Part shown: positions 38,199 through 51,390 of the stretch, piece after piece
Numbering within the stretch: the first letter of the stretch is position 1
How the letters are laid out: each line of letters opens with the position of its first letter
NCBI RefSeq assembly: GCF_963921235.1
Contig: NC_086097.1
Coordinates: 152,522,001-152,586,000, forward strand
Direction: 5' to 3'
Length of the DNA: 64,000 bases
Source: Mobula hypostoma
Taxonomy: Eukaryota
The notes under the pieces: generated by a model
Told to the model about the DNA's origin: nothing
Seen by the model: the letters and a program-made list of their open reading frames with translations, nothing else
Database searches by the model: none
Program-made: the position numbers and the translations under genes

Positions 38199-39413
38199 CA
38201 TAGAACATAGAATAGTACAGCACAGTACAGGCCCTTCGGCCCACAATGTTGTGCCGACCCTCAAACCCTGCCTCTCCTATAAGCCCCCACCTTAGATTCC
38301 TCCGTATACCTGTCTAGTAGTCTCTTAAACTTCACTAGTGTATCTGCCTCCACCACTGACTCAGGCAGTGCATTCCACACACCAACCACTCTCTGAGTAA
38401 AAAACCTTCCTCTAATATCCTCCTTGAACTTCCCACCCCTTACCTTAAAGCCATGTCCTCTTGTATTGAGCAGTGGTGCCCTGGGGAAGAGGCGCTGGCT
38501 ATCCACTCTATCTATTCCTCTTATTATCTTGTACACCTCTATCATGTCTCCTCTCATCCTCCTTCTCTCCAAAGAGTAAAGCCCTAGCTCCCTTAATCTC
38601 TGATCATAATGCATACTTTCTAAACCAGGCAGCATCCTGGTAAATCTCCTCTGTACCCTTTCCAATACTTCCACATCCTTCCTATAGAGAGGTGACCAGA
38701 ACTGGACACAATACTCCAGGTGTGGTCTAACCAGACTTTTATAGAGCTGCATCATTACCTCGCAACTTTTAAACTCTATCCCTCGACTTATGAAAGCTAA
38801 CACCCCATAACCTTTCTTAACTACCCTATCCACCTGTGGCAACTTTCAGGGATCTGTGGACATGTACCCAGAGATCCCTCTGCTCCTCCACACTACCAAG
38901 TATCCTGCCATTGACTTTGTACTCTGCCTTGGAGTTTGTCCTTCCAAAGTGTACCACCTCACACTTCTCCAGGTTGAACTCCATCTGCCAATTCTCAGCC
39001 CACTTCTGCATCCTATCAATGTCTCTCTGCAATCTTTGACAATCCTCTACACTATCTACAACACCACCAACCTTTGTGTCATCTGCAAACTTGCCAACCC
39101 ACCCTTCTACCCCCACATCCAGGTCATTAATAAAAATCACGAAAAGTAGAGGTCCCAGAACAGATCCTTGTGGGACACCACTAGTCACAATCCTCCAATC
39201 TGAATGTACTCCCTCCACCACTACCCTCTGCCTTCTGCAGGCAAGCCAATTCTGAATCCACCTGGCCAAACTTCCCTGGATCCCATGCTTTCTAACTTTC
39301 TGAATAAGCCTACCAAGTGGTACCTTGTCAAATGCCTTACTAAAATCCATATAGATCACGTCCACTGTACTACCCTCATCTATATGTCTGGTCACCTCCT
39401 CAAAGTCACCTCC
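38199..39413 (-). mobile_element. young CR1 LINE nested in Gmr1-like pol
   Basis: [45 protein letters not shown]; flanked by ttgaa (38194-38198, 39414-39418). Confidence 0.95.
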
Positions 39414-39723
39414 TTGAAAGTCAGGCCTCTGCAACACAGGGGAAGAGCATAATTCCTCCTTCAGGCCCTGGAAAGCACTTTCACACTCCTCACTCCATTC
39501 CACAGGATTACAGGCCAATTTGCAGGTGAGGTTGGTCAATGGGGCTGCCAGGGTTGAAAAGTGAGGTGATGGAAGGAGGGCTGCTTCTTTCCTCCCAGGC
39601 TTTCAAAAGGTTCACATGGTACATTTGCTTTTGTTTCCCCTTCTCTGGATGCAGGATCTCATATGTTGTAAGCCCCAGGGCTTTCCCGGTCAGCAGGGGA
39701 ATTAGTCGACAGGGCCACTCCTC

Positions 39724-40305
39724 CTAGGGCCACTGCCATATTCTTGCCATGCATTCAAAACGTAGAAGGTAATTTTCAATGTCCTCACCTTGTTGATACA
39801 CTAGTATCTTGGGATCCTTACGCTGGACTGCTGGGGAGTGAACAGAAGGATTACCCAGTCTGCCAGGGGAAGACACCAACGATTGCCCAATGTCGGGGGT
39901 GTCAGGTGGGCCTCCCCTTCTGGGCACTGGAGTTGAAAGTTCCAGTCTAAGGCTCCCACCTTCTGCTGTGGGGGACTGCCCTGCTGGGGATGGCTGTAGG
40001 ACAGGCTGCTGGGAGACCTCCAGTGAGATCCACAGGCCCCGGAGCCCTTCTTGAAGAATATCATCTCTCTTCTGCTGGGCGGCTAAAAAGTCCCTGAAGA
40101 GATTTACCACCTCTAGGGTTGAGGGACTCCCTTCCGGCGATGGCCCAGGTTGCAGCTGTCGGGTTTTGGACGTTGCCCCTTCTGCCTCTTCCTCTGATGT
40201 TGCTGCTGTCTCCCACTCATCCTCATTCTTCATCTGAAGTTGCTGGTTTTGAGACCGTAGCCCAGTTCGTTTCTTAAAAGCACGCTTAGTTTTGCGACTG
40301 GCCAT
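39724..40305 (-). pseudogene. gag N-terminus of the Gmr1-like element
   Basis: ATG overlapping the PBS (MASRKTKR...); a stop interrupts the conserved WQWP*EEWPCRLIPLLTGKA motif. Confidence 0.75.
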
Positions 40306-40321
40306 CCCACCACTGCCACCA
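40304..40321 (-). promoter_or_regulatory. tRNA-Leu primer-binding site
   Basis: TGGTGGCAGTGGTGGGAT, 2 nt from the 5' LTR, is complementary to the vertebrate tRNA-Leu 3' end ATCCCACC(A/G)CTGCCA-CCA. Confidence 0.85.
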
Positions 40322-41097
40322 TATGTCACAAAAAACCGTGGGTCAATTGTTTAAGAAAAATAACCAGATGGCTTGAGTGGCAAAAGTAGGTTGAGGTGCT
40401 TTTACCTCAAAACAAGACAAAAACTGGAAAAAGAAACAGTATATATATAGCCACCCTCAGACTAAACACAAAAGAAAACTAACCCCAAAGCCTTGGTAAC
40501 CTGAGGCTTACAACTGCTAAGCCCCTCCCCCTAGACCAACCAAAAGCTAATTAACTCAATTATCCAATTAAAGATGGTATCCTCCACCATCAGCACACCT
40601 GTGCAGGTTGCTGCTGTCTCTATATGAGACACTCCATGCAGCAGCTCTGGGTCAGACCCAGTCACTATTACTGCTGGGGATGAGTGTTTTACCGAGTGCG
40701 CCATGTGTCGTCTGTAGTTAGTGATGGGCCTTTGTCACACCTAGCTTTCTCTTTTTTTGGGACTACTATTATGTCAGCTGAAAATAAAAAGAAACAATCT
40801 GTGTATGCCAGATATCTGAAATAAAAACAGGCAATGCTGGAAATATTCTAGAGATCAGGTAGCATCTCAGAAAGAGAAATTACCTGCTGTCCACGTGGGA
40901 TCAGTCCGTACCCTTGCTGCTCTTCCAGCCTTGATTCCTAGTTCTCAACTTCATGATGCACCTTGACAATGCCAACTAAAACCATAGCAGAGTTCCACAA
41001 GCAGGCCATGAACATCTTAGATCCTTTCCCACTCATCTCTTTAGCCTCCTTATTCAATCCTCAGTGAAAATCCAACATCCATTCATCTCTTGAACTC

Positions 41098-41540
41098 CTA
41101 GTGGCACATCTAGTGGAACTGCTGCCTCACTGTGCCAGGGCCTAGGTTCAATCCTTACCTCAGATGCTATCTGCTTGGAGTTTTCACGTTCTTTCTGTAA
41201 TTACATTGATTCCCTCTAGGTGCTCCAGTTTCCTCATACATTCTACATGGATAGGAGTGGTTTAGAGTGATATGGGCTAAATCCAGTCAAATGGAACTTG
41301 TATAGGAAGACACCTTGGATTACATTTACAAGTTGGGCTGAATGGTCTGTTTCTGTGCTGCATGATATATATGTCATGTGGGTTGGTATCATTGCAAATT
41401 GCTCCTAGAGAGTATGTGAGCGGTAGAATCAGGAGAGAATTGTGGAGACAATGGGATTAATATAGTGGGTAGCGGATCTCAGTGTGAGCTTGGTGGGCTG
41501 ACAAGTGTACCTATTTCTGTGATGTATTTCTCTATGTCTC
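41098..41540 (+). mobile_element. old V-SINE with an internal CR1-tail piece
   Basis: ggttcaatcc B-box, ggagttttcacgttct...ggtgctccagtttcctc core. Confidence 0.6.
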
Positions 41541-42879
41541 CATTCTCACTGTTAATTTCCATCACTGACTTACCCTGACCTCTCCCCATTTGTCTAGTTA
41601 CCCCACACAGACATGCAAACCTATCCTCACCCATCCTACTGATTATTATTCAACATTCCTCAAACTGATCCGCTGTCACCAGTATCTAGATTCAGGAGAA
41701 TATGGAGGAAAGGCCTTGATGTATGATAGTTTGTTGAAAATATCCCACTGTGCATCTGTGCCTTGTATCTCGTGTCTCGTTTTCATTCCTAGCTCCAATT
41801 TTGAACTGTTGTGGCATCTATACTATACACAGGGTCAATTCAGAGGAACCTTTGGAGTGTGAATGATGGGATATCTGGCAATGGCAATGTTAGCCATCCC
41901 TTCTGAACTTGCTTTCAAGGCAGATGATTATTTTGGACTTCACTTGCATTGTTTTCAAATTTAGCTAGTTTCATGATTTTGTTATTTGCACTGCACTGGG
42001 GCAGTGAAGGGATAATTTAACCATTAAGCCCTGAAACAAAGCCGAAATGAACAACAAACCACTAAGTAAGACTCAGTGTGTTACTTCATACAATGTGTTA
42101 CACACTATAAGATATCCTCATGCTATTTTTTATGGAGTCTCTCAATTCCAAGTGTATTGTTCTCCTCTGTGGCATTATTATTGCCATTTTATAACACCTA
42201 AATCATGGTTTGCAGTAGACTACAGGAATAGCCTGAAGTATTATAATCAAATCAAATTTTGCCTCTGCCAATGTCAGGATAATTACTCCCCATAACTGGA
42301 TTCAGAGTGAAAAGAAACTTTCCAATAAAATTTAACAGTTCTTTTTTTAATGGTAATTGCATAAGATTATTTCTTGACAGAATACCCAAATCCACAGCCC
42401 TAAACAAATGCCTGCTGCATTTCAAAATGTGCTCCAAAAATAAACACAGCATTGATAGCTGTGGGTGAAAATCATTAAAGTTGTTTTATTTTTCTCCAGT
42501 TCGCCTATATGCTTGCATCTCCTGTTCTCTGCCAAAGCATCTTTCATTGTGGCTGGCATTTAGCCTATTACTTGAGTTAGAAAAGTTTAACTTTCTAATT
42601 GTTAAAATTAAGCAATATAAACTGGTAGATGTAGAAAATTTAAAGCAAATTGCAAAAATAAAGTTGGATTGAAATGATTGAGAATTATATGAAATGGGGT
42701 TTAGATACTTAATTTTAATATTTGTATTTAATAGTTGTTTGACCTCTATTTGAATATTAATGCATTATCAATGTTTAATCCAGCATCACTAAACTTGAGG
42801 CAAAAATAACAGACTCAGCTAAAATTAATAAATTAGCTACAATTAATTTTTAGGCCAGCCTGAAAAAAATCACTAAATA

Positions 42880-45178
42880 ATTCCCATCAACAAATCAATT
42901 GCTATACCAGAGGAAACAACACACTGGACCACTGTTACACCACCATCAAGAATGCCTACCATGCTATTCCACACCCTCATTTTGGAAAGTCTGATCACTT
43001 GGCTGTACTTCTACTCCCTGAGTATAGGCAGAGACTGAAAACTGCAACACCAGTAGTAAGGACCAAGAAGGTATGGACAAGGGAAGCTCAGGAGCACTTA
43101 CAAGACGGCTTTGAATCAGTGGACTGGACTGTATTCAGGGATTCATTTTCAAATCTGGATGAGTATGCCACAGTTGTTACCGACTTCATTAAAACCTATG
43201 TGGATGAGTGTGTTCCTACAAAAACTTCCCAAATCAAAAGCTGTGGATGAACCAAAAGATACGTCATCTGCTGTGGGCTAGATCTGTGACACTTAAGTCT
43301 GATGCCCTAGGTCTGTTAAAGAAAACCAGGTATGACTTGCGGGGGGCTATTTCAAGAGTGAAGAGAAAACTATGAATGAACTTGGAGGCGGTATCAGATG
43401 TATATCAACACTGACAGGGTTTTCAAGACATTATGTCCTACAATGCAAAACCCAATAGAATGAATAGCAGCGATGCTTCACTACCAGGTGAGCTCAACGG
43501 CTTCTATGCTTGCTTTGAAAGGGAGAACACAACTACAGCTGTGAAGATCCCTGCTGCAACTGATGACCCCGTGATCTCTGTCTCAGAGACCTATGTTTGG
43601 CTGTCTTTAAGGAAGGTGAACCCTCACAAGGTGGCAGGCCCCAATGGAGTACCTGGTAAGACTCTGAAAACTTGTACCAACCAACCTGGCAGGAGTATTC
43701 AAGGACATTTTCAAACTCTCATTAGTACGGTCAGAAGCTCCCACCTGCTTCAAAAAGGCAATAATTATACCAATGCCTAAGAAGAATAGTTTGAGCTGCC
43801 TTAATGACTATTGCCTGGTAGCACTCACATCTGAGGTGATGAAATGCTTTGAGAGTTTGGTTATGGCTAGAATGAATGCCTGCCTCAGCAAGGAAGGACC
43901 TGGACCCATTGCAATTTGCCTATCACCACAATAGGTCCATGGCAGCTGCAATCTCAATAGCTCTTCGTACAGTCTTAGATCACCTAGACAATACAAACAC
44001 CTATGTCAGGACACAGTTCATCAACTATAGCTCAGCGCTTAACACCACAATTCCCACAGTCCTGATTAATAAGCTACAGAGAGCTACAAAGCCTAGGCCT
44101 CTGTACCTCTCTTGGCAACTGGATCCTTGATTTTCTAACTGGAAGAGTACAATCTGTGTGGATTGGTGATAATATCTCCTCCTCACTGACGATCAACACT
44201 GGTACACCTCAGGGATCTGTGCTTAGCCCACTGTTCTACCCTCTCTATACCTGTGTGGATAGGTATAGCTCAAGTACCATCTATAAAATGGCTGATGATA
44301 CAACCATTGTTGGTAGAACCTCAGATGGAAATGAGAGGGCGTACAGGAGAGAAATATACCGGCTGATTGAGTGGTGTCGCAGCAACAACCTTGTGCTCAA
44401 TGTCAGTAGGATGAAAGAGCTGATTGTGGACTTCAGGAAGAGTAAGACGAGGGAAAGTGAACCAGTCCTCATAGAGGGATCAGAAGTGGAGAGAGTGAGC
44501 AATTTCAAGTTCCTGGGGTCAAGATCTCTGAGGATCTAACCTAGTCCCAACATATTGATGCAGCTATGAGGAAGGCAAGACGGCGACTATATTTCATTAG
44601 GAGTTTAAAGAGATTTGGTTTGTCAACTAAAACACTCAAAAGCTTCTATAGATGTAGCATGGATAGAATTCTGACAGGCTGCATCATGGTCTGGTATTGG
44701 GGGGGAGTGTGGGGGCTACTGCACAGGATGGAAAGGAGCTACAGAAAATTGTAAAGTAAGTCAGCTCTATCTTGGGTACTAGCCTCCATAGTACCCAAGA
44801 CCTCTTCAAGGAGTGGTGCATCAGAAAGTTGACGTCCATTATTAAGGACCCATCACCCAGGGCATGCCTTCTTCTCATTGTTACCATCAGGAAAGGGGTA
44901 CAGAAGCCTGAAGGTCCAGACTCACCGATTCAGGAACAGCTTCTTCACCTCTGCCATTTGATTCCCAAATAGACATCGAATCCCTGAACACCACCTCACT
45001 TTTTAAAAATATATACTATTTCTATTTTTGCACTACTTTTAATCTGTTCAAATATATAGACATATAATGTTATTTATTTAATTATTTCTATATTATCATG
45101 CATTGCATTGTACCGCTACTGTTAAGTTAACATATTTCACGACACATGCTTGTGATGATAAACCTGATTCTGATTCCA
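42880..45178 (+). mobile_element. Rex1/Babar LINE, 5'-truncated and decayed
   Basis: GKSDH end of endonuclease, [40 protein letters not shown]; tail ctgattctgatt. Confidence 0.93.
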
Positions 45179-45394
45179 ATTAATTTAAGGGTTAATTTTC
45201 AGGGGAAGAGAATTTTTGGACCTACAGAAGCATTTTAAGGATTAATTCTGACCAGTAATAACCATAAAATTAACTTTTTGCCACATAGATAAACCTTACT
45301 TAATAGGAAGTTACTAGCAAGCCTCAAAAACATGGGAGAGCACAAAATTGTCCATTGTGGAACTGGGGATTTGAAACATATTCTGTTACTAACA

Positions 45395-45648
45395 ATAAAC
45401 TAGCGTAGCAATCAGAATAACTCTATCACTGGTCCTGTGACCCTGGTTCAAATTCCCACCGCTGTCTGTAAGGAGCTTGTACGTTCTGCCTCGTGACTGC
45501 GAGGGCTTGCTCCGGGTAGCCTGGTTTTCCTTCCACATCCTAAAGACATACAAGTTAATAGGTTAATTGGCTTCATGTATATAATTAGATGGCATGGACT
45601 CATTGGATTGGGAGGCCTGTTACTGTGGTGTATCTCTAAATAAACAAA
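45395..45648 (+). mobile_element. V-SINE/HE1-like SINE
   Basis: ggttcaaattcc B-box, gtctgtaaggagcttgtacgttct core, taaataaac tail. Confidence 0.75.
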
Positions 45649-47339
45649 TAGACAGCTCACCGGCAACCCCACAAATCTTGCATTATCATCCCACAGCACT
45701 TCATTATATATCCTCCATTTGTGTTACTCAAGACACCAACATTGTCTCAACAAAACAGACTGTAGATTAATCAGGAAGAGGAAGAATCAATGATAGGCTA
45801 CAACCCCTTTCTATGCCCTGGTTCTGCTAAGATCTTCCCTTAAATGAACTATAGGTTAATTTTCTCACTAAATATAGACTTCATAATTTACACACTGTCC
45901 CTATTCCTGTGCAATTGGCTTCAGTACTTGTTCCAGGTCATGGGTTGCTGGCCTTCAACCATTAATTTGCTAATGCTACCCTAATCTGCCCTTCATTCCT
46001 TTCAGTATTGTTTGTTCTCATTGGAGAGGCTGCATGACCTTTAATCAAATATGCATGTGTTGTTTGCAGCAGGATTCTGTCAAGAGGAAGTCAGCTGTGA
46101 TTAGGATAGGAGCTCAAGTGGAACAACCTGTTAAAGGAGGCAAATTAATCGGTTGCAGAGGATATGATCTTAAGTTATTATTGAACAAAAGGTTTCAGTT
46201 ACGTGTTTCATCTCAGCTCCCTTAATGAATAGAGGTGTCGAGGAAATATGGAAAGCCATTGCAGGAGAACAGGAATATAATTTAATATGACGTGAATCAT
46301 TTATTGACCAAATAGTGGATATTTGATGACAGGCATAAAGAATTACATGTATAGGTTGTTGCAGTAACACACGTAAACAATCCTTATACCTAACATAAAC
46401 TGTATTTTAAAAGAAGAAATATGTCTACATACTTATTCATATATTTAATTTAGGCAATCAATGTGAATATATTCTGTACAGTTCATTTAACTGGAATATA
46501 CAAATAGCTTAAAAACACTGCAGTTAAGCGAACTTTATGGATCCAATTGAATCAACTCTGTGTAACATCCTTCTTAATGCACATTAGTGTCACAATGTTC
46601 TTTAAGTCAACCATTTAACTGATGTATGTTCACTGAAGTGTGGCCTCCACTGCTCTATCATGTACTTGCAATGGTGTTCATCTGATGCCAACACGCTTTA
46701 TGTTTCTTGTTTTAAAAACTTTCTTTCCTTCCTCTTTTTTCTCCCCAGTGCTTTTCTCCACTTCTTTTTGAAAGAAATTTGGAGCCTCTCAGGATTCAAA
46801 TAGATCTCAGCAGCTTGCTAAGATACCATTTTTCCTGCGAAGCATAGATGAGTGTCAATAATTCATTGTGTATGTGGAAATATTGATTCTGAACCCCAAA
46901 TCTATTTGCATTCATGCATGCTGCGTGTGGAGAGCAGACTAATTACAAGACCCACCACCTTAGATATACAGTACTCAGTTAATATTAAAAAAGGATACAA
47001 CCTCTGGCTGAACAATTTCCCCAGACTCAGTGGGAAACTGTCTGGTCTGTGGTTGAGTAGCAAGGATCATTCAAGATCTTTACAGAGAGCTTTGGAAGAT
47101 CTACAATCCCCTGCCCAATACCTCTTGATTATACCAAGTCATGCACTGAAAGTGTATTACAGGGTACAGACTCTGGGGGAGAGACTCAACATAAAATTTG
47201 GATAAAATTACATTTCTGTATTTTACTTTTGGATCCCAAGCTAGCACAAGGGACCCAAGCTATAATGGTTAGTTCTGTAGCCAAGTAAACTGATTCATTT
47301 CACTAATAATTAATTATGACAACGCAAGAGAAGATATGT

Positions 47340-48440
47340 ATTTGAATCTGTGGACTGACAAGAATAGTGAAGGACCTTCTCAAATTCGGCTGCCCTCAGA
47401 AATGTGATAGATCTACTAAATAATAATATGACTGGAATGATTTTAATAAATGGTTGCACTGGAGACCCAATCTCCATTTTGAGTAGCATCAAGCAAGGCT
47501 GCATATCAAATTAATACGATTCCCAAAATGTCACCTCAAATCCAGTAAGTTGCATAATGGAGGGGAGTTAGTTTACAGGCGGAATGGGAAAATGATCCAT
47601 CTACATCGCTTCCATACAGAAAGCAAGAACACTCCAAGCTCTGTCATGAAGCTTCACTGCACAGGTGACACTAATTTCTGTGTATGCTTGCACGACAAAG
47701 TCCAAGTCTTCTTTCATTTGTACGCTGAATTATAAGAGAAAATTAGCCTCACATTAAATAAATGGAAATCAAACTTGTGCAACTAACTTTCCGTCTCCCC
47801 ACAATGGTGCAAACTGACAATAGAAAATCCAAGGAAGCCCTGTAAAGGTGAATGATTTTCTTTATCTTAGGAGGAGGATCAAGCAAACTCAGAAACAGAT
47901 GATGAAATTCACCATTGCCTTTACTGTGTCAATCTGCCTTTGGCCATTTGAGGGAAGGAAAATTTGAAGATTAAGACCTCAAAATCAACACCAAGCATTT
48001 TGTCTGTCAGGCAGCCATCATCTCTGGCTGCCTGTGCATTTCTGAGCCAAGGAAAACCTACTGCAAGCACCTCTGAAAGTCTTGTGAGAGTTCCAGCAGC
48101 CTACCTGATACAACCTAAAGCTGAAACTGTGTCTCCCATGAAAGATGTCTCCACAAAATCCGTCATCTCCACCATCAGGAGAAAAGAATCGGTGGTGACG
48201 TCAACTGCAGCATTGTAGCTCTGCTTATATTCAGCCAGCTCCAATGAGTGGATATCATTGTTCACAAGTCTGATACGAGACTCATGAAACACACACATTA
48301 TCCCTGCTCCACCTCATCATGAAGCTGATGGGAAATTAGAAAAGACGCATCAAGTATGCTCTCAAAGTCATCTGGAAAGTGCACACCTTAATCTACTTGT
48401 AGGAATGCTTGGACTCTCCCTGAAATGGAAGGCAGCAAGA
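47340..48440 (+). mobile_element. ancient RTE (BovB-like) RT fragment
   Basis: GDPISILSSIKQGC, GELVYRRNGKMIHLHRF..KLHCTGD (cf. GV.L.YRTDGKLFNLRRL..ELQYADD), DDEIHHCL. Confidence 0.7.
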
Positions 48441-50619
48441 ACCTTGGCTCTCCTTGTCGTATGCACACTAATATCTTCTGTAAATCATAAAGGGTAGGTA
48501 CTACCTCTATTTACCCACAATTCGGTCCATTTTGCTCTTCCTCCACCAACATGATAGATTTTGCAGATCTTAAGTAGCATACCACCTAGAACTGGACTGG
48601 ATAAAATTCATCCCCTCTCCTCTGGGATGTGTTAAAGCATGCCACCTCTGGTTTGTGTGTCTCACTCCCCTTCCAATGTTCGGTAAGTAATAACTGTGTA
48701 GAACAAATTTTCAGTGAAAAACCATTGTGGTGAAAGGAACAAAGATATTCAGAAATAATGGTATGTGTCTCTGGAGTGAGGTGATTTAAGAGACAGTAAA
48801 AGTGATCCCGTTGAGTCAGCAGCATTTTTGTCTGTCACCAGGATGTCATTGTCATTACTGCCTCCTGTGGCACCTGCAGTGGCTATACGGAATATCGGCA
48901 ACTCTTGTAATTGGAGCTTTAGTAGTGAATACAGACTGCCCTTTAATTCTGCTTCCTAGATGCCTCCTATGGAGAAATTGACTAACTAGACAATGCTTGA
49001 AGTGAATTAAAGCAAAATTGTTATTTTCGAAAGACATTTGTCCTGTTTGCAGCTGCAAAAAAATCTCGGGCTCCTCCCTTTGGGGAGATGGCAGGTTACA
49101 AGGTCAGTAACACATGCAGAAAATTATCTTTATTATCAGCTTGTAAGTACTGTGAAATGTCGCTAAAGTACAATTCAGGACAATTAGTTACACGGAAGGT
49201 ACGTACCTTGTAAGTGTGACAAAACATAATGATTTTATCCATAATACTGGGAGATGTGTTAGCATAAGGTAGACATAAGAATTAGGATTTTACAACACAG
49301 CAGGAGGTTATTCAATTCATCCTGCCTTTGCTAAATCTCAGTGAAAGCTCCCTGCATCATCCCAACTTGTTTATACAGAGGTACGAATCATTATCAGAAT
49401 TGCATCAATTTAGCATGGATTATGAAGCTATCATTTGATTCAAATTGCCATAATACTGTCAGCCACTAATGTTTCAAACTGAGGCTGAGTTGGTTGTTGC
49501 ATAGACAGAGCTTCTGAACTGCCATTTATTAATGTGTATGCCAATGCAGACTGTCTTCAAAACAGAACCTGTTTGTGAATTATCAAGCACAAATTTGTAT
49601 TGTGCATGATTTTACAAACATTTATAATGCAATTGTCTGCCTTCTCATCAAACTATGACCTTCCTTTTGGAACAGACTGTCTTTGGATTGTGATCAAAAT
49701 TTTACTCAGTGTAGATAGTGTTTCCATAATTCATGAGTATTTTAAAAGATTGCTAGCTGGCCTTGAAACACCAACAATTCACTTATTTAACGGCATATTA
49801 GTACTGAATATGGATTGCTTATAGAAAATTGAGAATGTACGTATCTTCTGAATTTCTATTTATTGTTCACTGAATAACAAACCAGTAAGGGCCTGTGCTG
49901 GTGTATTACACAGACTAAAGGAGCTGTTTTTAACTGAATACTTTTATGAGGGAATGGATGTCCTCACTTCCTCCACCTTCACTACATTTGTGATGCATCA
50001 TTATCTTCTGTCAGCTCCACCACTGATGTTTTGTTGGATCGCTGTTTATCTGGAGCACCCTTCCCCAACCTTGCCACATCGGATGACCCCAATAGGAGCT
50101 AAGCTCCAGGCGGCATCACTTTTAGGATCACAGGAACTCACACAACTCTCCACCTCAACAGAGCGATGATCCTCAGAAAAGGCTAGCTCAAATCATCTCC
50201 ATTAAAATCTGAATGAAATAATAACAGAAAGTTCTATAAATACTCAGCAGTCAGGCACCATCTGTGGAGAGAGAATAGCAATAAATCTTTCATTAATAGC
50301 AGAAAAATAAAATATAAAAGATGTTTGGTTTTGGAAAAATCTCAATTACCTGGACAGTGTTCACCCCATATGCAGTTAGCTTCTCCAATGCAAAAGAAAC
50401 CACATTATGAACACCAAATGATGAACACCAAATTAGAAAAAAATGCACGTGAAAATTATTACACCTGGAAGGATTGTTCGCATCCATTTATTGAAGCAGT
50501 TGTTACCCCCTTCTCCTCCTGCAAGGGGAAGTGTTATAAGAGTGAGGTGGTAATTAAAAGTGAAACTGGGAATCATGAATGAAATAGTCCTTTCCAAATG
50601 CTGAAAGGGGAGAGGAGGT

Positions 50620-50972
50620 TAAGACCATAAGACAAAGGAGCAGAAGTCAGCCATTCAGCCCATCGAGTCTGCTTCACCATTTTATCATGATCTGATCCAT
50701 TTAGTCCCACTGCCCCACCTTCTCACCATAACCTTTGATGCCCTGGCTACTCAGAAACCTATCAATCTCTGCTTTAAATACCTCCAATGATTTGGCCTCC
50801 ACTGCCGCCCGTGGCAACAAATTCCATAGATTCACCACCCTCTGGCTAAAAAAATTTCTTCGCATTTCTGTTCTGAATGGGCTCCCTTCATTCCTTAATT
50901 CATGCCCTCTCATACTAGACTTTCCCATTATGGGAAGCAACTTTGCCACATCCACTCTGTCCATGCCTTTTA
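50620..50972 (-). mobile_element. CR1 3' end
   Basis: MDRVDVAKLLPIMG..NFFSQRVVNLWN; tail taagaccataagac. Confidence 0.88.
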
Positions 50973-51204
50973 AGTATCGCTAGTGGTAGAATTTAATTGA
51001 AGGAGGCAGGAATTGCAAAGGTGAATAACTTGAATCTGGAGGCTGGTAGCTGGAACAGCGGTTGAGAGAGACCTTGTCTTCACTCTGGATTGGAAGTGAG
51101 GGGGTTGATGGCAAAGAATCCTTGGCTTCCTTATCAGGAGACTACAGTCTACGTGAATTGCTAATAACATCCCCTCTTTGCTGATAATCAGCAGAAGCAC
51201 ACTT

Positions 51205-51390
51205 AAGGATCTGTGCCTAACCCACTGCTCTAACCTTTCTACACGCAGGTACAACTCAAATTCCATCTATAAATTTGCAGATGACACCATTGTTGTTGGT
51301 AGAATCTTAGATGATGATGAGGTGGCATACAGAAATGAAATAGATCAGCTGGTTGAGTGGTGTTGTGACAATAACCTCATAGTCAATAAT
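51205..51390 (+). mobile_element. Rex1 RT fragment
   Basis: NSIYKFADDTIVVGRILDDDEVAYRNEIDQLVEWC. Confidence 0.8.

Larger units (their letters stand above)
36755..40739 (-). mobile_element. Gmr1-like Gypsy LTR element, internally deleted
   Basis: LTRs at 40324-40739 and 36755-37792, TSD CCTAG (36750-36754, 40740-40744), tRNA-Leu PBS, PPT ~37793-37812, gag EDIENYLLRFECMARIWQWP, integrase tail YHVNLLKAW upstream of RT-connection and RNase H VQVDASGVGIGAVL. Confidence 0.93.

Noticed and set aside
47871..48218. Apparent plus-strand exon after ttttctttatcttag with a long frame
   Set aside because: It is decayed RTE LINE sequence (DDEIHHCL and downstream motifs), not a host exon.
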